Virus record (IMG/VR): IMGVR_UViG_3300022555_000049
Direction: 5' to 3' (one strand)
Length of the DNA: 64,000 bases
Source of the DNA: an uncultured virus (IMG/VR IMGVR_UViG_3300022555_000049)
Taxonomy: Duplodnaviria; Heunggongvirae; Uroviricota; Caudoviricetes
Position 1 is the stretch's first letter. Each line of letters opens with the position of its first letter. This document shows positions 11,001 to 21,892 of this stretch, piece after piece. The notes beneath the pieces are model-generated. The model was not told the DNA's origin, did no database searches, and saw nothing but the letters and a program-made list of their open reading frames with translations. The translations under genes were made by a program, and so were the position numbers.

Positions 11001-11198
11001 GTAACTATGGATAGCATTACTATAATTTATGGACATTATGAAACATATAAACAAATATGTGAACAGCATAATGCAGAATCGATGAGTGTCTGTGCTGATT
11101 TTTATACACATGGACGTGAACTTACAAAAAACAGTAATGTGTATAATGAAAAACTATATTTACCTATTGTTATGGATTGCAATTCATTTTTCAAATAG
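8042..11198 (+). CDS. cluster of small hypothetical genes (8042-8308, 8408-8623, 8845-9267, 9264-9872, 9884-10219, 10221-10481, 10503-10739, about 10705-11004, 11007-11198)
   Basis: co-oriented packed ORFs; 8845-9267 is paralogous to 27323-27748 (VS/ISxEtAxxLxxKGF, QxWLRExHxI). Confidence 0.7.
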
Positions 11199-11216
11199 AA
11201 AATGGACATTGCTTAA

Positions 11217-11272
11217 GTAAACTACCCATCCACACTACGTGATAAATGGGTTTCACGCTCCATTATTATGAA
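11217..11272. mobile_element. possible IS200/IS605-type end hairpin remnant
   Basis: GTAAACTACCCAT..ATGGGTTTC imperfect hairpin at a convergent junction, no transposase nearby. Confidence 0.35.
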
Positions 11273-11301
11273 AAAATCTAATAATTAATTATTAGATTTT
11301 T
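11271..11301. terminator. bidirectional intrinsic terminator
   Basis: AAAAAATCTAATAATTAATTATTAGATTTTT palindrome between convergent gene blocks. Confidence 0.6.
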
Positions 11302-11316
11302 ATTTGTACATTATGC

Positions 11317-12191
11317 TTATTCGTAAGTCCATTTTATAACATGAATAATAAGTCCATATCCAGTTATTGAACATCGCCATTCTAAACAATCTTGATTATG
11401 ACAGGCACATCTAAAACAATAATGCTTTTTACCTCTATTATCAATTCCAATTATATTTTTGCCTTTCTCTGGCAATCCTTCACTAATTAAAATATATTTC
11501 ATATTTTCCAGTTTGGTGGATTTTTGTTATACTTTTTTATGTACATTCTATCAACCTCAGTAAGTAAATTATAACATCTATTCTTTAGAAGCGAATAGGG
11601 ATGATGGATTTTTCGATAATGGTCTAACCATAATTTTTTTCCTAAATTCGGTGCGCTTCTATAATGTGCAGAGTACATTGCCTCCAACTCATTTTCAATG
11701 GTGAATGCGCATATGGATAGTTTGCCAACATAATCTAATACACGTATGATTTCGTTGAAAATATAATCATGGGAAGAATCATCAATCATACATTTCTTTG
11801 AAAGGGATTCGAGCATATGTTTTAATTTGTTAATTAATTCTTCAGCTTTGCGCAATTCATTTGAATGATTCGGGAGCGTGAAATCAACATTAAGAAATAA
11901 TTGTACGTCAATAAGTACATTATCCGATTCTTCTTTCATAAGTATTTTAAATTAAGATTTGAACTCAGTAATGTAATTTTTAACAATTTCTAATGGTAAT
12001 AATGATTTTGGTTGTCCAGTGAAATTAACCTCAAAACCAAATTGCTTTGACCAGTCAAGTATCAATCCCTCCCCTCCTTCTGTTTCATCTACCATTTCAT
12101 TATCGAAGATTTGATAAAACTCGCCCAGTACATGATCAATGCCATGTACAACTGTAAGACGATTGTCTTTGTAAATTGTTCTTCTGCTCAT
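11317..12191 (-). CDS. three hypothetical genes (11317-11502, 11499-11939, 11952-12191)
   Basis: packed co-oriented ORFs. Confidence 0.7.
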
Positions 12192-12244
12192 GTTAAAATA
12201 TATTTAATTAATACTCAATGATTTCTTCAAATTACAATTTTTAA

Positions 12245-12700
12245 TTAAAATTTTTTTGGTAAATCATAAATGTAAACGTCAACAATGACTTCATCATTAA
12301 TAATCTTTTCGATTATACCCCAATTCCCTCCGCTTAAGCCACTCCCAAATCTAGGGGCATGAATCGTTGCACCCCATCTAACAGCATATCTATTAACGTT
12401 CCTTAAACACTCTCTTGTTGCATCGTATCTGATTGGTGGTTGACCATTTATATCACGACCAATACCATGTTGACCAATCATGTTGCAGACAACAATATCG
12501 TCCTCAACATCTACATATTGTACATCGCCTAAAACTAAATTTTTTTGTGAACGATAGAATGTCTCAGGCTCATCCCAGTTTCTACTGAGTGCCATAACGA
12601 AACCTGCCCCCCAAGCCCCTAAGTCATTGGAAATGTGGCAAATAAGCTTTAATCCTTCACCAACTGGGTTTGTTGCATCACCCTCTAAATATGTTATCAT
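12245..12700 (-). CDS. macrodomain protein (Appr-1''-p processing / Poa1p-like ADP-ribose hydrolase)
   Basis: YLEGDAT, HISNDLGAWGAGF, PRFGSGLSGGNW macrodomain motifs. Confidence 0.85.
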   Translation of the reverse strand: MITYLEGDATNPVGEGLKLICHISNDLGAWGAGFVMALSRNWDEPETFYRSQKNLVLGDVQYVDVEDDIVVCNMIGQHGIGRDINGQPPIRYDATRECLRNVNRYAVRWGATIHAPRFGSGLSGGNWGIIEKIINDEVIVDVYIYDLPKKF

Positions 12701-12703
12701 CGT

Positions 12704-15212
12704 TTATAAATTAATTATATTTATAATTTTATTTCTTTTGATATTAATGTAACTCACATATGCATTTCTCATATCAAATTCCACATTACCATTACAAAAA
12801 TATATAAAATTTTTCAAACTAAAAAATTGTATTTCGTTTTTTGTAAATTCTCTGCCAAAATGAAGTTTAAGAAAATTTAACACATCTTCCACATCAATAA
12901 ATTTTTTATTCATTAATTTATTTGCAAATGAATTATTCAAATACTGTGTGGCTGATGTTTTAATAATTACAATATGTTTCACTGTATATTGCTATTATTT
13001 AATAACTCTACAATGGTATTTGATAAACCATCACCATCTTTCTTAGGTAATACAACACAAATAACAATATCCTCTTGCTCATTACCGTTTCCATCAAGTG
13101 TTACACGTACAATAGGAGTGGTGCTATATTTACGCTTCTTTGTGGCAATTCTGTACATTGGGTAGGTTGGTTTAATATCGACTTGCTTGAAGATAACTAA
13201 CCTATTATCGTCTCTATCGCAACATTGACCAACACCATTATGAATTTGAACACAATTGATTTCACATTCCATGTTATTATAAAAATAACAACCATCACAT
13301 CCAATCACATCATCTTCTTTAGCTATTTCAACCATCAATGTAATACCGTTATAGTCAAATTTATCCCCTACGTTTCTTTCCATAATAGTAAGTTTTAATC
13401 TCCGCAATAATTAGCTTTGAGTTTTTTATTTTTAATCATTTTAATGGCAATCTGAGCGTCTTCCAAGTTAATAAAACCACCTAATGGATGTCCATCGTTG
13501 TAATAATAATACGGTTCACCATAGTGGTCAATATTTAGCCATTCTTCGGTAGTCTTTTCCCACCAAAGTATTCCTTTGGTTGTAATTACTTTGGTTAGAA
13601 TAAAATAACCACCATTCATTCCTTCGACTATTTTATATTCCCTTTCCATTTGCTTCTTTATTAACATTATTATAAACAAAAATCACTGGCATGTTTTTAG
13701 TTCTTAATCCTTCAGAACAATCACCAATTATGTTACGTATTTTATCTTGACAACAATATTCATTAAGAAAAAAACACATTTCACACCCTGTGCCTTCTTT
13801 TACCTCAAGAATAGCACTTTTATAATTAAATTTATCCCCAACCTCTCTTTCCATATTAATCAACAATAGTTTGCTCTTGATTTTCGATCCATTTTTCGGC
13901 AGCTATAACAACTTTAATATAATTATCTGCTGATTTTCGATCCATTTTTCGGCAGCTATAACAACTTTAATATAATTATCTGCCGAAACATTTAAACCTT
14001 TATCATCATCAAATTGTATATATGATAAATATTTGGTTAATGACAGTCTATTACTTTCATTATATGGTATGTTTGGATAAGCTGTTGTTAATTCTATTGC
14101 TCTTGCCTTAGCAAACGATTTTAACTCTTCCATCTTTAGCTTTAGCTCGTTAAATTCTTTTTCGTAAAATATACCTGTTTTAGTTATCATAATATTTAAT
14201 TATTGTACATTACTACTTACAATTTGTGCAAAACTATCTTCCCAATAAATCTGCTCTTGTGCATACTGTAAATTAATATTGGATGAGACCCCACATCTAT
14301 CGTCTTGTAAACCATCGCCATAATCAATCCACCTAACACCAACTGTGTCACTATTTACTGTAAGAATAACGTACAATGCATAGAAATCTTGACATGGAAA
14401 CTTTAATGTACGACCAATTAAGGTTTTCTTTTCCTTTGCAAGTGTCTTGAGTTCATTCATGATTTCATCTTGACGTTTTGTCTTGGTGATTGATTCATCC
14501 ATTGTATCGGCAGTTAGCGCAGATACCATTAACAATTCTTTGATTTTATTATTTATTATTTTCATGTTTTATTATTTTTATTAAATCTTTAAATAAAATT
14601 CCTTTTAATTCCGTAATATCCATTTCAATTTGCCAATTTTTTGATTCTTCTTTTTGTCTTGAAGTCCATGTTGTTTTAATTTAAATTGTTTTGGAATTTA
14701 ACTAAGTTAATTAAAGTTCGTTTAGCTTTATTTTGTTCACTTATTTGTTCTTTAGTGAAACCTTCGGTATCATACCTATCAAATGTTCGCATATCATTTG
14801 TAATTGCCGAATATTCTTTACCATCACGATACCTAATGGTAATTTTCTTATGTCCATAACCTGCGCCTAAACAACTAATAATTCTTGTTTTCATATTATT
14901 TATACGATTAATTACTATGAAATGTTACGATAATTCTATACTTTTCCACAGTTAAAAGTCAATTTTTAATTGTTTATGTGGATGTTGTTCTTCTGCCCAT
15001 TTTTCAATATATTCCATGTATTTTAATCTTGAATAAACTGGCATAAATTTTACATCATTTAAAGGATTTTCATTAATCTTAAATGGTAAAGCATCGGGAT
15101 AAATTTTTGCCAATTCAATAAGCCTTGAAGTAATATTAACATCTAAAGCATTTGCCTTATCAGTTAAATCATTAAGCTTTTTTTGATAGTCTTTTGAGGT
15201 TAATCTTTTCAT
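12704..15212 (-). CDS. cluster of small hypothetical genes (12704-12982, 12979-13407, 13395-13649, 13633-13854, 13903-14190, 14200-14565, 14676-14894, 14952-15212)
   Basis: packed co-oriented ORFs; two share MERxVGDKFxY..CxxC..C..C..R..VIF. Confidence 0.7.
13878..13983. repeat. 53-bp tandem duplication
   Basis: 13878-13930 is repeated at 13931-13983. Confidence 0.9.
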
Positions 15213-15256
15213 GTTTATTATAAGTAAATTGAATATTAAATGTTAGTGAAATTATT

Positions 15257-15829
15257 TTATTTTTTAGAATTTTCTAAATAATTTAGTGCTATTTTTAAGA
15301 CATCAATATTATCATTAAAATGCCCCAACCCCCTATTACATTTATCACACAATAATCCTCTAATTATACTTGTGTTATGGTCGTGGTCAATTACCAATTT
15401 TTTTGATAAAACATCTTGATGTATGCCACATATTTTACATTTACCGTTCTGAGATTCAAACATATTATCATATTCTTCGGGAGTAATGTTATAATTTTTT
15501 TTTAATTTATAACATCTAACCTTGTCTTTGTTATTTGCATGATATTTTTTATAAACTTCACGTCTAATTTCATTCGACATACAAGGGTAATTTTTTATTT
15601 TTTCGGGACTATTTTTATTCCATTCATTCTTTAATTCTTCAATTCTATCCTTATTTTTTGTTTTATATTCTTTCTGTTGTTTGACAATTTTTTCTTTGTT
15701 TTTAATATCGTACTCTACTCTGGATTCTCGAATTTTTTTCTTATTAAGAATACGGTATTGTTTAATTTTTTCTTTATTCTTTAGTCGATATTCCTTATCG
15801 TACCTTCGTTTTTCTTCGTTAGTTTTCAT
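15257..15829 (-). CDS. Endonuclease VII-family (His-Cys) homing endonuclease
   Basis: YNITPEEY..QNGKCKIC..IDHDH..IRGLLCDKCNRGLG; basic repetitive N-terminus. Confidence 0.85.
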   Translation of the reverse strand: MKTNEEKRRYDKEYRLKNKEKIKQYRILNKKKIRESRVEYDIKNKEKIVKQQKEYKTKNKDRIEELKNEWNKNSPEKIKNYPCMSNEIRREVYKKYHANNKDKVRCYKLKKNYNITPEEYDNMFESQNGKCKICGIHQDVLSKKLVIDHDHNTSIIRGLLCDKCNRGLGHFNDNIDVLKIALNYLENSKK

Positions 15830-15841
15830 GTTAATATAAAT

Positions 15842-15873
15842 GAAACCTCCAGTATTGACGTACCAGAGGTTTC
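15842..15873 (-). terminator. stem-loop downstream of rIIB
   Basis: GAAACCTC..GAGGTTTC inverted repeat. Confidence 0.45.
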
Positions 15874-15902
15874 TGCGACATAGTTGTGATGCAAATCAAC
15901 TA

Positions 15903-17075
15903 TTAACAAATATCATGCACCCTCGCACCAATAATTTTCATTAACTCGGTGAACGGTCTTTCTTCAGGCTCACAATTAATTGCTTTCTCAATAGGAGGTT
16001 CATTTGCTCTTATCTTCTCAATCTGAACTTCAAGTTCTTGAAGCTCATATTCACAATAATCTTCTTCGAAATATGCTTGTTCAATGATGTCAATTTTTTT
16101 ATCAACATAGGTTGCAACTGCAAAAGGAAAATATTCAGTTACTCTCATCTTGGAATGATCATAATTAGGTACAGCTACCACATTTGCAGGATTAACCATA
16201 CATGCAAGAATAACTGAACCATTATTTGCAAAACGTTCGACATACCCCGTAGCCCCGACATGTAATCCATGAGAGCAGTCAATTGCAGGATCGGAATCAC
16301 ATTCAGTCCTTATCATTCTCACTGGCACTCCAAGTTCAATACCCATCGTTCTTGTGTGCATATCAGTATATGTTGCAACAGTTTCGACTTCTTCTTCTGC
16401 ACTTTTAAAAATTGCAACATACAATTCACCAAGTTTACCTAAAGTATCAAGATTATTAGCAACAGCCGTATCATACTTGGTGATAGCCAAATCACCTTCG
16501 TTGTTCTTGATTACTACATATTTGTTCGGATTACACTTCCAATCTTTCTTCACGTGAAGATATTGGTTGCTTACAAATTCTTCAAACGTTCTATCACGTT
16601 TAACTTCTGTTTCTTTGCGATATACAGCCTTGTAGACCACCATATAACCTTTGTCAGTCAGAACAAAGTCATGAGTAGTAATGAAGTCAAAAAGACTCTT
16701 ACGAACCCTTGTATCAGGGTTAATCATCAGTAGTTTCCAAAAGTTGATGATTGCATCCATAGGATAACCATTTTCATGGTATTCCTTGATTACATCAACC
16801 AATGTTAATGGAATTGGTGTGTTGAATCCTGCAAGAAAAATCTCGCCAGTATCTACATCACTTTCCAATCCTGCCAACATAGCAATACGTGTCTTTTCGT
16901 TGAGACACATACGAACCGCTTTTAGATTTACATCAGATGGATTCTCTTTGGCTACCAACACCAATTTGAATAACTCATCTGCTTCTTTAGGTGAACCGCA
17001 GTTTTTCTTATGCAACTTACCGTTGATACTGATATTCACTACGTTACCGATTTTGACTCCTTGAATGTTTTTCAT
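15903..17075 (-). CDS. rIIB: rIIB-like protein
   Basis: NFWKLLMINPD..LFDF, YKAV, CSHGLHVG, VNPANVVAVP, KMRV motifs typical of rIIB. Confidence 0.85.
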   Translation of the reverse strand: MKNIQGVKIGNVVNISINGKLHKKNCGSPKEADELFKLVLVAKENPSDVNLKAVRMCLNEKTRIAMLAGLESDVDTGEIFLAGFNTPIPLTLVDVIKEYHENGYPMDAIINFWKLLMINPDTRVRKSLFDFITTHDFVLTDKGYMVVYKAVYRKETEVKRDRTFEEFVSNQYLHVKKDWKCNPNKYVVIKNNEGDLAITKYDTAVANNLDTLGKLGELYVAIFKSAEEEVETVATYTDMHTRTMGIELGVPVRMIRTECDSDPAIDCSHGLHVGATGYVERFANNGSVILACMVNPANVVAVPNYDHSKMRVTEYFPFAVATYVDKKIDIIEQAYFEEDYCEYELQELEVQIEKIRANEPPIEKAINCEPEERPFTELMKIIGARVHDIC

Positions 17076-17129
17076 AAAAATGAATTTAATGTGTTAATGT
17101 TACAATTATACGAATAATAATTAATAATG

Positions 17130-18154
17130 TTACAAAAGTTCATCCATAAATTTCTTATGTGCAGCTAGAATTCTTTTAGCTTCTTCCCATTCATCATTAG
17201 TATATGGTAATGTGCTAATTAATGGCGCATCCAATTCTATTAATTCAGAATCTTTTACTATTATCCTTAATTCTTTCATCAATTCAGTAAAAGCATTTGT
17301 CATGTTTATATAATATGCCATAGCACTGGTGCTACTATATTCTACTTTCTTAAATTCTTTATATGCAGAATCCATTTTTTTATCTGCATTAATCACTAAT
17401 TTCTCCAATTCTTTATTCATAATATTAATTAAAAATTAAACGGATTGTCTTTTCCAAACATATCGCCAAACATACTAAAAATATCTTCAACACATTTAGT
17501 AACCACCATACTCTAAAAATTATTGTGCTTCTTTTTTAGATATTCATCTAATTTTAATTTTGCGTGAAGTTCACCCATACAGTTTTTTACTTTCATTATA
17601 TGAGATTCTTTATTTCTATTTGTGAAGTAAATATCATAATCAATTACAAACGTTTTCTCTTTCATTTTAATTAAAATTAGTGTGTGCCATCTGTTAATGA
17701 TATTCCATGTTTAATGCCCGAAATGAAACTATCTTTTTCAAAACCAAATTTATCTTCATCAATCCAATCCCCAACGATAATTCCAATTTCATTGCCAACA
17801 TCAGATAAGTCACCGTTCTCACATGAAACCGTTTGTAACCTTGTCGATAGGTCTGTTAATATGTTTTTAAACTCTGTCATATTGATTATACGTAATATTA
17901 AATCAAAATGTTACAAAAATAATAATTTAATTAAAATGGGCAAAATTCTTTAATTGGTTTTCTTAACATTGGTTTTAATTTATGTAAACTATAAAATTTT
18001 TTACCGAACCAATATCCAATTGATCCTGAATTATACGACTGTTTTAATTTTCTATTTGTTTTAAGATTGTATAAACATTTGTCACTACCAAAACCATAGT
18101 TATTATATCCAACAACCATCCATTCGATTTCAATAGTATATGTAACTGATTTCA
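17130..18154 (-). CDS. small hypothetical genes (17130-17420, 17677-17880, 17931-about 18154 NUMOD4-like)
   Basis: ORF track; the last has VVGYNNY..SDKCLYNLKTNRKLK resembling NUMOD4. Confidence 0.6.
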
Positions 18155-18210
18155 TGTTCTTTAATCTTAGGTAATATTGCGCATATAAGGGAGTTATGTA
18201 TAATAAAAAA

Positions 18211-21200
18211 TCAGTTAAGTTTTCTAACAACATTATTATCTAAAAAATTTAACTTTCTACCATTATAGTAAGGTGTTTTCATTTCACTACCCCAAACCCA
18301 ACCATTTCTATCTATCTTCTCAACCACAAACGTTCCTTGGTCATTATCCCAACCTATCATACCAGTACAATCAGTTACAGTATCACCGATAGAAATGGTA
18401 CAGAATTCCTTTGTTTTGAAATGAAACCCTTGTGTAGATTTTTTACTATACATAACAAAGTATAAACGTAATGTTTTCAATCAATCTTTTTATCATAATT
18501 TCAAGTTTTATATTTCAAATTAAGTTCAGTTAAACACTACGTTTATACTCAACCGTTAGGCAACATTTAAAGAAGTGCAACCTTATCCACGTCCGTAGCG
18601 TGGTCAAATAATTTTCTGTATTCGTCAATTGTTAAGTCGCAAAGCCTTTTCTTATTAAAGAATTGAATCATTGCTTCCCATTGAAATCTATCGTTAAAAT
18701 CAAGCAAATAATAGTATGTTCTTGCTGAAACTTCTGTACCGTCTGCTAATGTTTTCATAATTGTAATTAAAAACGTTGCCTAACAATAAATAAAATTAAT
18801 AGCGCATGTTAGGTTTGTGCATCTATCAAAGTGTAGCGGTTGCGCTACTAATCTTATTAAAACCGTTATGCACCATATTCACGATAGTACACTTTACCAT
18901 CCTTTTTGTTTTTTAGGTTAACAGAGAATTTACCATTAGTACATTCTGCATCCCAATCTTCGTCTCTCTCTTCACCTTTTGCTCTATTAAAAAACAAAAG
19001 CCTATTACAGTCACAAGAGTAGTTGTTCTCTTCCCAATTAAAAACAGATGGATGTTCGTCACCTATTTCTAATATTTCTTCTGTCTCATACTCTCGAATT
19101 TCGCATGTATCGTTTTTTCTAATTTCAGCAATACACTCTACCCAAATACAGTTTTTTATTTGGTGCGTTTCTTTTTTTACTTCTATCCAATCCATCTGTT
19201 TTTTAATTTAATTGTTAATAAAAATTACGGTGCATAACAAGGTATATATGTTATACGCCATGAAGTGTCGTACTTAATTTTAAAGTTTGTGGTTAGGCGT
19301 ACAACACATATACCCAACCGTTAGTTGCTATTTGGACACTTGACATTAACCTCAATCCCATCGCCATGAGTTTTCACATCAATAGCACCCCATATTTCAC
19401 AACCACACTCATATTCAATATCCCACACATGAAGTGAATTACCTTCACGTTTTATCTTTGCACCACAAACAAAACAGCAACTAACATCGTGTATAGCACA
19501 TTGCTGTTCGTTTTTCAAATTATCATTTTCCATATTTTTAAAGTTTAGTGTTTCAAATTAAGTTTCGTGTAAGCAACGTGCCATACACGCAACCGTTAGC
19601 ACCAATACTACTTATCCACTTCGATTTCCGATAATAGTTGAAGAACGAACTCATTAGCACCAACATTATGGTTTAGTTCCATTTTTTGTAAATCTTCTAA
19701 ACTTATTATCATCGAATTTACTATTATACCATCTTCCATTATACTAATTTTTATTTCCTTTTTTTTCATAACTTTTTTATTTTTAATTATCACATATTTT
19801 TTGAGAGATACCAACGAATAATTGTTCACCTTCGTCTGATTCATAATCATAAGATGTTACTTTATTTTTAATTAATTCTAATTTTGCAATGTCTTCGTAC
19901 CTTTCTTCTTGTATTAAATACTTTTTAAATTTTTCATACATATTCTTTGGTACAAATACTATTCTATTTGGAGTTGTGAGTATTGTACTTAAAACTGGTT
20001 CTTCTACACCACAATCTAATTCAATTTTTTCCATATTATTTTTTTTACAAAGTTACTAATTATTTCTCAATTAATCAAGTTTTATCTTAAAATCACCGTA
20101 CTGGTGCTAACAAGGTGTATAAGAAAGTTTTTTACAAAGGTAGGTATAAATTTTGAGATTTCCAAATAAAAAACCTTCTCATACACCCAACCGTTAGCAC
20201 CAATACTACGATAGTGCTTCTATTGAAATTATTTTTATGTTGGAATCATCAATTACCACTATTTCGTTTTCCCACCACTGGGTGCTTCGTTCCCATAAAG
20301 TTCTTTTCATATCAATATTGTCTTTATTTATCTGTCCTTTGATTATATAAACTTGACCATCTTTATTTTTAAACGGTTTTAAATAATCTAACATCTGAAA
20401 AAACCCTTCTTCGTGGATTTGGTTTGGATTTGAAAACCAACTATTACCTAATTCGTTTTTTCTTAGGTCATTTATGTTTTTTAATCTAACTAATCTATAT
20501 ATTATTGGATTATTTGGTATGTTACCCAATTCAATCGGATATGGTTTTGATAAAAACAGTTTAAAATCTTCAACAGCACATTTTATAGCATCTTCAAGAT
20601 TATCAGTATCATCCCAACACCCACTCGATGAATATTCACCTTCTAATCCCCATTTTGCAATTTCATATAAATCATTTTCATTTAATAAACTCTTACTCTC
20701 ATTTAGATATTCTCTTATTGTAGTTGCTATAAATTTGCGTAGTTTCATATCTTTCTCCATATATTTTACTTTATATATAAATATTCAAATTTTAATTTTC
20801 CTCCCCAAAAAAATAAAAAAAAGGTTCAGTGCTTCGTATCAATGTTTGTAGGTTAAATCCGCACTGCATATAACACCGTGTATAAGCAATGGCACATAAG
20901 CGGTGTAGCTAATTTGAAAGTGTGTACAAGTGCCACTGCTCATACACAAACCGTTATGAAACATTGTCTTCACTTCTATTTCCGTAAAAGACTTTTGCTT
21001 GTGTCCAAGTGTTTTCGATAACTTTATCAATTAGTTCTTTTATTGTCCTACTATCTACATATCCACCACGTCTTTTACTAAGTATGTCTAAAGACCAATG
21101 TTTTTTTCCTTTTTTAATCATTTCCTGTTCTTCAACAGACAACGATTTCATAACATCAGATATATTCAAGTTTTCTGATGCTTCGTTTAACTGTTGTTGT

Positions 21201-21771
21201 GTCTTTATATGTTTCATCTTCGTTTATTATTTTAGTGTATATATTAAAAAAGAAAACCTAAATATATCTGTGACCGTTAGCAACAATTAAGCAGACACAT
21301 CGTAATGCAATAACCCATCTCTTACATTTTGCATCAAATCACCGAGTGGCGTTTGTAATACTCTAACCACATCAAATTTATATTTCTTACCACCTACTTC
21401 GTGATAAATACCATCCTGTTGTGCTGACCTTATCACATTCAATAATTCATCAATTGTTTTTATCTGTTTCATAATATTAACTGTTGCTAACAAGGTATAT
21501 ACGAAATACCCTATTAAGGTTTGTATTAAATTTTAACATTTGTGGTTATCGCCTCAACTTCAAATATTTTTGCAATATGCGGGTAATTATAATTTTTTCG
21601 TTCTAACGCACCCTTTTTTGTTTTATACATCATTGCTTCTTCAATATTTTCCGTAAATGACCATTCATAATTTCGCTGTTTGGTTGCATAATATCCTTTA
21701 ACATCATAAAAGGTATTTAGTAAACCTGCTTGTTTCATTTTACCTTCATAGTATACAACAAATCTTTTCAT
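18211..21771 (-). CDS. cassette-borne small hypothetical genes (18211-18480, 18567-18758, 18866-19195, 19321-19533, 19608-19769, 19783-20034, 20206-20760, 20954-21217, 21287-21472, 21526-21771)
   Basis: one or two ORFs per inter-site unit; several stops lie within or next to the TAAC end of a site. Confidence 0.7.
18450..18561 (-). repeat. attC-like site 1
   Basis: ACATAAC..AGTATAAACGTAATGTTT / AAACACTACGTTTATACT..AACCGTTAGGC. Confidence 0.8.
18778..18871 (-). repeat. attC-like site 2
   Basis: GCCTAAC..TAGCGCA / TGCGCTA..AACCGTTATGC. Confidence 0.8.
19232..19326 (-). repeat. attC-like site 3
   Basis: GCATAACaaGGTATAT..TACGCC / GGCGTA..ATATACCcAACCGTTAGTT. Confidence 0.8.
19479..19601 (-). 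repeat. attC-like site 4
   Basis: AACTAACatCGTGTAT..GCAC.TTGCT / AGCAA.GTGC.ATACACGcAACCGTTAGCA. Confidence 0.8.
20105..20199 (-). repeat. attC-like site 5
   Basis: TGCTAACaaGGTGTAT.AGAA / TTCT.ATACACCcAACCGTTAGCA. Confidence 0.8.
20868..20959 (-). repeat. attC-like site 6
   Basis: ATATAAC..GTGTAT.AGCA.TGGCAC / GTGCCA.TGCT.ATACAC..AACCGTTATGA. Confidence 0.8.
21148..21282 (-). repeat. attC-like site 7
   Basis: TCATAACatCAGATATATT / AATATATCTGtgACCGTTAGCA. Confidence 0.75.
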
Positions 21772-21892
21772 TTTATAATAATTTTAAGTGATTAATAACT
21801 GTGCATAGCAACAAATATAAAACATTTTGTTTTCATACCGTCATCGTTATACGCTCTAATTTAAATTTTGTTACAAAAAGTAAGGCACTGAA

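Larger units (their letters stand above)
18193..21855 (-). mobile_element. integron-like gene cassette array with attC-like sites and no integrase (CALIN-like)
   Basis: seven complete inverted-repeat sites (..TAAC to GTTA..) plus partial sites; cassette ends are reverse complements over 9-10 bp. Confidence 0.8.

Noticed and set aside
18450..21282. Inverted repeats as ordinary terminators or REP elements
   Set aside because: No U-tracts, long variable loops, and cassette-specific end complementarity that terminators would not produce
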